This document shows positions 53,700-64,000 of a DNA stretch of 64,000 nucleotides, in pieces; position 1 is the first letter of the stretch; every line of letters starts with the position of its first letter. Source of the DNA: Paecilomyces variotii (Eukaryota). The position numbers and the translations under genes were made by a program. The DNA lies in assembly GCA_004022145.1 (NCBI GenBank), contig RCNU01000001.1. One strand, 5' to 3'. Under the pieces are notes generated by a model. It did not search any database, had not been told where the DNA came from, and saw only the letters and a program-made list of their open reading frames with translations.

Positions 53700-56600
53700 T
53701 AAAGATAATTTTATATATTCCTATAGTAATACTAGACCCGATATCTCCCTACTATATAAATATTAAGTTTGCTATATTTTATTTATCTTAAATAACTATT
53801 TATACGCATACCTTTATAAAGCAAACTTTTATTCTAAGCTATATTATTCTAAGCTAATCCTAGACGTCCCTAATATCTAAGCCTATTACAGGGATATTTA
53901 TTATATCTATAATAAACAGAACTAACTTAGAGAAGCCTTCCCTAGGATTCTCTAATTAAAGGTTATCTAAATCCCTAAATAAGCGGGCTATTACTCTAGA
54001 AAAGTCTTTAAAGTATAGTAATATATAACTATTGCAGTATACTTTACCAGATTAATATATAACTTTAAACTAATTCTTAATACTAGTTATAATATAATAC
54101 TTATTAACCGCAAGTTCCTCTAGTAATACTTACTAGATATAAAGATTATAAAGCTTAATAGTCTAATTTATATAAAAGATATTAAGATAACAGTTTAGGA
54201 ATTAACAGAATATATAAAGATATCCCTAGATCTGCCAGCCTTAACAGGATATAAGATAATTATACTATATATTAAAATAGAAGTCTATATTATTAATAAA
54301 CTATAAATATATATACTTATTAGCAGCAATATCATTGTATTATTATATATAATCCTTAATTTTACTATATATTAATTAAAGATTAGTAATATAACTGCAC
54401 TAATTAAAATAACTCTAAAATAATACTATAAAGCGCGACCTATCTATACTATAGCTAGATTTATAGTTTCTCCTAAATTTATAATTAGAATACTAGTTTA
54501 TATTACTAAGGAACTGCTAAGAGATAGAGACTTCTTATTTAAACTATTATATAGCAGGATACCCCTTAGCTTCTAATTATATATCGCAGACGCACATTTT
54601 ATTTTTATTAATATAATTAACGCTATAATATAAGAGTAGACTATCCCTAAAAAGATATATCTTAGTCTACTCTATAATCTTAATAATACTAATATATTTC
54701 TTATAAAACTAAATACTAGTATTTTAGTAATAGAATTAATCTAAGAACTTATATTGCTATTTCTATAAGCTAGCTTAGGACTGTATAAGCGCAGGCTTTT
54801 ATAGGGAGTAACTATATATACTAAATACAAGTCTATTTACTAATAATTTTATAACATTATAAACTAGTATAATATCTAGCGCGACTAAGGATTTATTAAT
54901 ATCCCTAAGAAGAAATAAATAACTATAAAAGTCTCCCTAGGATAAGAAAAGGAAGCGCTATATTATAGTAAAATATACTCCTTAGGACTTAAAAAATAAG
55001 AGGTTATTAATAAGGAGTTTAATAAACTGTATTACTAAGATAAGATATAATAGGCTACTAATTATACTCCTACCAGACACTTTATCTTTATTATTTAGCG
55101 CGATATTATTAAGAACAGTAAGACTATAAGAAAGCCTAAGATAATAATTAATATCTGCAGGCTAAATAAGGTTATAAAACTTAATATCTACCTAATTCCC
55201 CTATAAAAGACTATTATAGTATTTATCGCAGGTAAATACTATATCTCTACCTTTAACGCCACGCAGTTCTTTTACTAATAGTATATACATCCTAATAAAT
55301 AGTAATACCTTAGCATTATTATATATTAAGGGCAGGAAATATTTAATATTATAGTTATAGGCTTTAAGAATATAATTACTTATATCTAGAGATAGATAGA
55401 GACTAAGCTATATAATCTTAATTTTATTAGAATCTATATTAATAATATTATTATCGGCTTTAATATAAAGAAAGAATATAAATAATACCTCTATATGCTT
55501 TTTAGTTATCTTAAGGAATTAAATATTAGTATTAATCCCAAGAAGTTATATATAGAGTATCTAAGCATTTACCTACTTAGTTAGCATATTAACGCGTTTA
55601 AATTATTATTATTAGAGGAAAAGCTTAAAGCTATTATAAAGCTGCCTTTCCCTACTAATTTAAAGTAGCTAAAAACCTATCTAAGTCTTACTAACTAGAT
55701 AAGACAGTTCTACCTAGGTTATATTATAATTGCAGAACCTTTAAAAAACAGGAAGATATTACTCCTTTAAAACCTCAGAGAAAGAAGTTAGGGCAATAGT
55801 AAGCTATTATATTAGCGCCTTACTGCAGGGACGCTACTAGCTATACTATTTAATATAAAACTCCGAGCTTATAATAAGATTTAATATTACTTTGCTAATC
55901 TATTATTCTTAGTTTATTACTCCCTAAAACAGTAGCTTTATATTAATTTTAATGCTTCTATAGCGAGATTCTCAGCAATAATATACTACTTCTATAAAAA
56001 AGACCTCGCAGACAGTTACTATCTATTATAACTAGTACTAAGAGTAAAGGCTAATTTAAACTATTATTATATTCAGCCTATACTTTTCTTTAATTATTAC
56101 ATTAATACCGCAGAAAGAAACTATTAGCCTACTAAGATAAAAATTACTTACCTTATTTAAGTTTTATAAAAGCTCTGCTATATTATTAAGACAGCTAAAA
56201 ATACCCTAATTATATTTATAGATTATAGTGCTACGCTAGCTATTATTAAATAAACTACTTTAATAATATTATTAATAGATAAGCTAAATCTACGCCTTAT
56301 TTAAGCCTCCCAGTATATTTAATATTTCTAAATATACCTCTAGCATAAGCTAGAGAAGAAAAATATTATTATAGATACCCTCTCGCGGCTTCTATCTATA
56401 ATACTACTACTAAATATAGTAAAGCTTAATATACTATATAGAGATGCTTACGCCGGCAATACTATAGACGAGCCTATATATAGCACTATACTAGTTAAAA
56501 TATCTGTAGAATTTAGGAACTAGCTTAAAAAAGGCTATTATAATAACTTATATTAGTCTAAAGTTATTAAGCTACTTAACCGCGATTTAAATATAGTATT

Positions 56601-57960
56601 ACTATTTATACTATATAATAAGCTTCTCTATACAATTAATAGTAATAATACTAAGTATCTTTACTTACTTAAATTAATTTTAAATAATATCTTCTATATA
56701 ACTTATAATAATATTAAATACCTAGGATTCTACTACATAGTTAGCCGTCTCTATAGATTCGCCATATATTAGCTTATAAAGAATATAAGGAATTATATTA
56801 AGCACTATTACTAATATTAGCTAAACTAGATAAAATGCTATATACTATATAGGAACTACTAACTAGTAACTATATTAAATATTCTGTTTTATACTATTAC
56901 TATAAATTTTATCTTAACCCTACTAAATATAGATTAGTTTAATTAGATACTTATAATAATATATAAATTTACTAAGAGAGTTATATTTATACTAGGTTGC
57001 AATATATAAGGTATAAAAGAATAATCTTTCTCCCTATTAGAAAGACTCTAGCTTAGAGACTAAGAACTCCTCTATATTATTATATTAAATTGTAATAGGA
57101 AGTTTACCTTAAAACTCTAGTAATACCTATTTAAAGGACTTAATATAAAACTACTTTACTCTACTATATACTATCTATAAATAGATAGCTAGTTAAAATA
57201 AACTAACTAGACTACTAAGATTGCCCTATACTACTTTATTACTATACTTAAAAAACTTATAGATTAGCCTAAAGCGCTGCTATAAATATAAGTAATATTA
57301 AATATAAGTCTATCTGCTATAATAATAAGAAGTCTATATAAACTTATATATAGTATAATAATTAGTAATACTATAAACCTCCTTATTAGATTATAGTTTT
57401 AAGACTTTATAAGCAGACTTAATACTAGAGATATAATATAGCTTATAATAATTAATACTAAGCGCGTTTATAATAAGAAATATATACCTTAATATTTCGC
57501 CCTGGGCAATAAGATACTACTAAGGCTGCACTATAGATATAATATCCTTATATTTAAGGTTTTAGAACCTAAGCTTTCTGCGCAGTATATAGGCCCTCTT
57601 ATAATAAAAAAAAGAGTAAAATACTTTATTTATTAGCTTAATATACCGCCGCACTAGAAATGCTATAATATTTTCTTAATAATATATTTTAAACCTTATT
57701 ATACTAATAACCCTTTTCGCTAAAAGACCTATATAAATAATATGCCCCTAGTAGTAGTTAACCGCAATAATATAAAATAGTATAAGATTAAGCAGCTTAT
57801 TAATAGACGCATATAAATAGTCTATAAGAAGTAAGTTATTAAATATTTAATCCGCTGGGTCGGATATAGACTATAATATAATATTTAGTATAACTTAAAT
57901 AATCTCCAGGATACTCGCGAGCTAGTTAATTAATATAATATAAAATATAGAGCTCTATAA
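53700..57960 (+). pseudogene. pol relic of family C (RT, RH, IN, chromodomain); start approximate
   Basis: De-RIPped motifs: YPIPLQ (~55189), YISTFDATQFFYQW (~55240), YIDDII (~55435), and chromodomain YEIEQL..RR...YLIRWVGY (RWVGY intact at ~57852-57866). Confidence 0.8.
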
Positions 57961-60900
57961 TAATAACAGCAGCGTTATTAGGGTAAACTATATAAAATAC
58001 CTATAAGGATATAGGCATTCTTAAGCAGGGAAACTTTAATATAGTTTAACCCTAGCTCTGCTAGGTAATAGGGTAATAAGGTATAAGGCTCTAGGAGCGG
58101 GGTATCCTTATATAAGCATAGTTTAAATATAGTCTTCTCCTCCTACTAGTAGGAGGAGGTTAGCTTTCTCTTTATCTTTAATCCTAATTTCATTAGGCTT
58201 AGGCCACTAAGACTATCTTATCGGGGCTATTCCTATTACTTAGACTTATCTCTAGCAATTAATCTAGTCCCTAGAATTATAAAGCCCTAACTTATTCTTC
58301 TCTTAGGGATCGCAGTCTCTATGTTTAATACTTTTAGCTTATATCCCCTAAAATATTAGACCTATAATCTATATTTACTATAACTATATAACGCTAATTA
58401 GATTAAATAAACCTAAATATCTTATATAATAACCTTCTAGAGAATACTCTAAGATAAGTTTTTAAGCCCTATTAATTCTTTATTCTTCTTTTTATAATAA
58501 AGGGCTACTTTTATTTTTATAATAATATATTATAATATCTCTTTTACTAGTTTCCCTTTAAAGGGTATAATTTAAAAAACCTTATTTACTTTCTAATAGT
58601 TAAAGTCTTCCCTTATTATAATACCTAACTAGATATATTAGTCCTATATCTTATTTAAAGTAAAGTCTTTTTTACTTAAGTTAAAATATTTTCTATTCTT
58701 ATACTTAAATTTAAGATACTCTTTAGCCTTATATAAGTTATCTTAAGCTTTATAATATAAGCTGCTAGATATATTACTAGAAATATCTATATTAATTAAC
58801 TTAAGATCTTTAAACAATTAAATTATTCCTAATACTAGGGATTTCTTAGGGAGAAAGTCTTTAAATAAAGTTTTTTTAACTTCTATATTATCTCTATCTT
58901 TTATATTTTTAGGACTTCTTAAAATAAGACTCTTTATTCTTTTTTTAACTTAACTATTGCTAGATATGCCTAGCATTTACTTAATCTCTAAGTTATTTTT
59001 AAATTATATAGTTCTAGTTTTCTTTATATTTTTTAAATACCCAATTTTTTTTTTAATAAAGGGGTCTTTTAGGTTTACTATAAAAAAGGAAGGCTTCTTT
59101 AATTTTATATTATTAGCAGATTCTTTAGTTTTTATAAGTTTAAGTAAGGTATTATTAAGTCTTCTTTTACCTTTTAGTTTATTAATTTAAATTACTAAAG
59201 GCGCTTATCTAGATTTAATATTATTTAAAGAGTTCTGCGGCCGCTTTTCTAATAATATCCCTAATAAATAATATATATTTTTAAAAAAAGCCTTTATTTA
59301 CTACTTTATAGCTATTAGCATTATTTTAATTATTATTTTTAAAACTTCCCTAGCGTTTCTAGCTAATACTTCTTTTTTTACCCCTATTATGCCCGCTAAA
59401 AGGCATATATAAGGTTTATAAATCTCTTAAAGCTTTCTTAGTATTAACTAATATAACGCCTTCTTAATATCTTTTTTTATTATTAATTTATTACTAATCT
59501 AGCTTTATTATAGTAAATTATTTTTATTACTATAGTTATAGTCTTTAAAAAATATATTTAAATAAAAACTATATTAAAACTACTTCTAGTATTTATTATA
59601 TATTAATAGATTATAAAGATTATTATTACTTTTAATAAGCACCTTTAATCTTCCCTTTAATAATTTTTTTTTATTATATATATGCTTAATATTGCTTAAA
59701 TCTTATTAGCATACTTATAATAGAGTTTATTAATATTAGTTCTCTTTTATTAAAGGCTATTTATAACTTCTTTATCTTCTTAGCTAAGAAGCGCTCTTTT
59801 AAATAATTTTAATATCTTAGTCCTATAATTATAGCCTTTCTTTATTTATTTCCCTTTTCTTTATATTCTGACCTTTTTCTTACCTTTAGATTTTTTAAGG
59901 CTCTTTATTCTCTTTTTACCCTTTTTTTTTTTATCTTATTATCTTCCTTATTACTAATAGTAAGATTAATTAATAAGCTCTTTTTTAAGTCTTTAATTAT
60001 CCTTTCTGCTTTATACTTTAAAATCTCTTTTAAAAAGAAGTTCTCTCTAATCTATATACTAATTAATTAAAGCTTTATTTTTATTATTTTAGATAAAAAC
60101 TATTTACTCCTATTAATTATCCTCTTTAAAAGGTCTTTTACTCTTTTAATATTTATTAGTAGTAAGTTCCTTTTTAGCTATATATTAAGCTTTTTAATAT
60201 TTAATAATTTATTTATTTAAACTTATATTAAGTAGATAGCTGCTATTCTTTACTCCTTAATTTATTTTATAATTTCTCTTAATACTACTAAAGTTTAATA
60301 GGCTTTTTTAGCTTATATTATTAGCTGGCTAACTACTTATTCCCCCTATACTTTTATTATTATTATATATCCTTTATTTATATAATTCTTATTCTCTCTT
60401 ACTTTTTTTATTAATTCTTTAAGTTCCCTAATAGCTCTCTTCTCTTTAGCTTAAGCTTTTTTTAAAAGCTTTTATTATTTTAAAAACTTATAATAGTCTG
60501 CTGTAGCCTTATCTTATTTAATTTAAAATTTTATAATAATAGCCGCTACTTTAGCTATAAATTTAACTTTTTTTAGTCTATTTTCTATTATAATAATTGC
60601 TCTTTTTATAAGATTATAGATCTCTTTTATAATTATATAAATATTTATATTAAACTTTAATAACTATTCCTGCAGAATAATATTTTAAATTTAAAATATA
60701 TTTTTTTTTATTTTAATTTAGCAGGATTATATAGCAGTTCTAATCTAGTAATATTTAGTGTAAAAAGAGGGTATAGAATAATTAGATTTAAGTTTTCTAA
60801 TAATATTTATAGATAAAGAAGTAAGGTTTTTAATATAAAATAAGATTTCTTTATTATTGTTTTATATTCTTTATTTAATATTTTCTTTTTTTAGTAATTA

Positions 60901-63900
60901 GAAAAGTCTAGCCTTACTCTTCTAATAATATATATATGCTCTTTTATTTTACTTATCCTTAAATCCCTCCCCTCTTTTAAAAAATTTAGGTATTTTTATC
61001 TTTAGTTTATCTGCTCTTTTTTACCTTAAGCTAAATTTTTATTTAATATTAAACTTGCTTTATTATTAGCCTTCTACTTCCCCTCTTTCTAAGCTAATAT
61101 TTTTAAAAAGAGAGTGCTAGGACTATAACTATATATATTAATCTAAGTAATATTTAGTCTATATTATTTTTATCTTTATTTATTTGCTAATTCTCTTATT
61201 TAAGTTTTATATTATTATTTATTATTAGTATACCTCTTTAGTTATCTTATAAATAATAGCCTTTTAAGCAATTTCTATAAATTAGATCTTTAAAAGCTAT
61301 ATTATTTAACTCTTTAAGCTTATAGGAACTTTTCTAAAAGATTTTTTTAATTTAATATAGCCTTAGCTAGCAATATGCTAGTTTAGTAAAGTAAGATATT
61401 TTAAGCTTTATATTATAAAGTAGAACTAGTTATTCTTTAATTAATTATTCTTTATAAAGCTACTTTTTATTATTAAAGACTTTCTTATTAGCTTCTTTTA
61501 TATACTAGATATAAAGCTAAGCCTCCTTTATATCTTAATTTTTAAGCTCTATTTATCTTATATAAAGAAGTAGAAGGTCTTCTATAGTCCTAACTTTATC
61601 CTATACTAATATTTTCTAGGTAGGTACTTCTAGTTTAATTAGCAGTATTATATTATATTCTATAATTATTTTAAATAGTATTAAACCTATAAAGTTTTTA
61701 ACTATATTTCTATTTACTTAAATTACTATTAGCGGATAGTTTACTTAATTTATTCCTATTTTTTTTATAAGTTTTCTAATACTATATATAAAGGACTTAT
61801 ATATAACTTTAATTACTTTATTTGCTTATAGGTTATATAGTATAACCTTAATATAATTAATCTTATACTTCTAGACTAATATATTAACTATAGCTTTATT
61901 CTCCGGCCCTTTATTATTAATAAAAGTCTTTATTATTTTTTAATAATAAATCTAGTTTTCTTATAAGAATTTAATAATAGCTCTTAAAGTAGGGCTATTA
62001 AATACTCTATATTTAACTTAGCTAAAGTTATCTTAAAGTATAATAATATAAGTCTTTCCCTTATTAAGCAGTATAATCTTATAAATATCTAGGTATAGTT
62101 TTAATCTCCTTAGTAAAATAAATATTAATTATAAAACTTTTTTTATATATTCTTTATTAGCTTTTTAATATTTATTATATATCTTTATTTATCTGGCAAT
62201 ATATTTATATAGGCCTTTTTACTAATATTAATTAGCTACTTTCCTATATATTACTTTATATTTCTAATATTTATATTCTTTATAAAAGGTAATAAGGATC
62301 TCTTTTTACTTTTCTTTATTATTAATAACTATTTAATAAGGCTAATTTTATTATACTCTCTAAAAAAGAATATTATCTTATATTATATATTTTATAGCCT
62401 TCTTCTTAAACTTAGCATATTATCCCCAGTCTATATTATTTAATTTTATTATAGTTTATAACTATTCTATAATTAATAAAGACTTTTTTTAACTAATATA
62501 ATATAGGCGTTAACTAAGGGATATTATTTAATTTTACCTCTTATATGCTAGTATAATAGACTATATAAAACTATAGGTTTAAGAATTTCTTTATATTATT
62601 ATCTTTTGCCTTTTTTAAGTCTTACTCTATTATTAGCTTTTAAAATAATTTATCTATAACTAAGTTCTTTTTTCCTAATATATAAATAATATTAAAGTTA
62701 AATAACTAAATCTAAGCAATCTATTAAATAATTATTAACTTAAGGAAGTTTATAGCTGTTCTATTTAATTATATAATTAGAGTTTTTATATCTATCTTTA
62801 GTTAAAAGTATATACTATATAGATATATTTTAAATTTATAAAGAGCCTTTAGTACTGCCCTATACTCTAGCTTTTCTCTATTATATTACCTCTTTACTTG
62901 CATCTATACTCTATTTTTATATTTAGCTAAATATCTCTTATTAGATTTCTTTTTTTTTAAGTAAATTATACTCTCTATTTATTACTACTAATATTTATAT
63001 TAATAATAATTATCCTTTTTTTTTTATAGTTAATTAACTTAAGTGCTAGGGTTATTATTAAAGTTATTTTTAGGGTATTTATTAAGTCCTATTAGTCTAG
63101 TCTCTAAAGAAAGTCTTATTCCTTTCTTAATATTAAGTATATTAGTTTAGCCTTAGTAATATATCCTTTAATCTATATTCGGTAGTAGGCTATAATTCCT
63201 AAGAATTTTCTTATTTCTTATAGGTTTTAATATAGTAGCTATTCTAGGATTTTAATTATTTTTATAGATTCTAGGTGCTTCTCTTTTATATTATATATAT
63301 ATTTTACTACCTTAATCCCTAGAACTATAAATTATAATTTCTCTTTAGTAATAGTTAGACCGGCAAGTTTAAAACTATATAGTACCTTGTTAATATTTTA
63401 AATATATTTAAATATAAATCTTTTAATTCTAAGTAGTACTTCCTCTTTTCTATAGTTAGTCTTAAGGCCTTATATTAGAGCATTATTTAAAAATATATTA
63501 TAGATATTAGGGATATTATTAGTAAGCGCCCTTATAACCCCGCGCATAAATTTTAATATTATATTAATTTATTCTTGCGGTAGTCTAGCTTAGCAAACTA
63601 AATTAATTCTAAATATATAGAAAGCTATTAAGTCGCGTAACTCTTTTACTAATCCTAACTAATTATACCTAAAGAATAAATCTATTAATATAAATACTAC
63701 TATTCTGCTAAATTTTTCTAAGAATTTATTAATTAAGGGGGGCAAGTTAATATCTTATATTATTATTTAATTAACTTCTATTGCTATATTAATTAATTAA
63801 TATTTACTATTTTTCTTTTTTATAAAAATTAAAGGTTCTTATAGGGCCTTTAACTCCGTTTAAGGATTTTAACCTCTATTTTTTCCTTTACTATTACTTA

Positions 63901-64000
63901 TACTATATTATAAAGTGCCTTTAGTATTAAAAAGCTCTTAGCCTGCTATAGCTTATACTATATAATTTAAATAATAATTAAAGATATAACTTCTAGGCGC

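Larger units (their letters stand above)
39116..58238 (+). mobile_element. Ty3/gypsy chromovirus family C (~7.25 kb net): LTRs 39116-39317 and 58037-58238; hosts A2 and A3
   Basis: 202-bp direct LTRs. 5-bp TSD CTTAG (39111-39115, 58239-58243). The host B sequence rejoins across the TSD. Confidence 0.92.
5307..64000. other. AT-rich, RIP-mutated nested transposon block (heterochromatin-like compartment)
   Basis: Abrupt GC drop, TpA abundance, and copies of the same element differing almost only by C/T and G/A transitions (e.g. TGTCACGCTCGAG at 5307 vs TATTACGCTCGAG at 40067). Confidence 0.92.
38634..64000 (-). mobile_element. Family B copy B4, in tandem with B2 and sharing LTR 38293-38633; interrupted by C; runs off the right edge
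   Basis: The LTR is followed by the reverse-complement PPT (tagcctc...) and by sequence collinear with 18369 onward. 38634-39115 joins 58244-64000. Confidence 0.88.

Noticed and set aside
39111-58243. Similar TSDs (CTTAG, CTTAA, GTTAG) as a shared target motif of A and C
   Set aside because: RIP converts many 5-mers toward TTA-containing words; three sites are uninformative.
5307-64000. Centromere call for the AT-rich block
   Set aside because: Compatible but not distinguishable from other RIP'd blocks without CENP-A ChIP or Hi-C.

Overview
Fungal (ascomycete-like, short GT-AG introns) genomic window with two sharply separated compartments. 1-~5200 is GC-balanced and holds the 3' end of a putative LRR-like gene plus a divergently transcribed pair of secreted intradiol ring-cleavage dioxygenase-like genes (5 exons on -, 2 exons on +). 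From 5307 to the end is a very AT-rich block with a RIP-like signature (TpA excess, CpA/TpG loss, ORFs broken by TAA/TAG). It resolves fully into nested transposons. There are three Ty3/gypsy LTR families: A (chromovirus, ~5.9 kb, 3 copies), B (~10 kb, 4-bp TSD, extra 3' region, 4 copies including a tandem pair) and C (chromovirus, ~7.3 kb, 1 copy). There is also one 8.9-kb hAT DNA transposon with an 8-bp TSD. Most notable: (i) the hAT carries two extra intron-containing gene relics, one with a ParB/DUF3723-like GQHR signature; (ii) about 20 copies of a palindrome (core AACTTAAGTT) are concentrated in that hAT, many inside its putative introns; (iii) a ~57-bp cassette containing a GTCACGTG E-box is shared between the LTRs of families A and B. 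All protein calls in the AT-rich block come from reading RIP-damaged codons by eye, and no searches were run.
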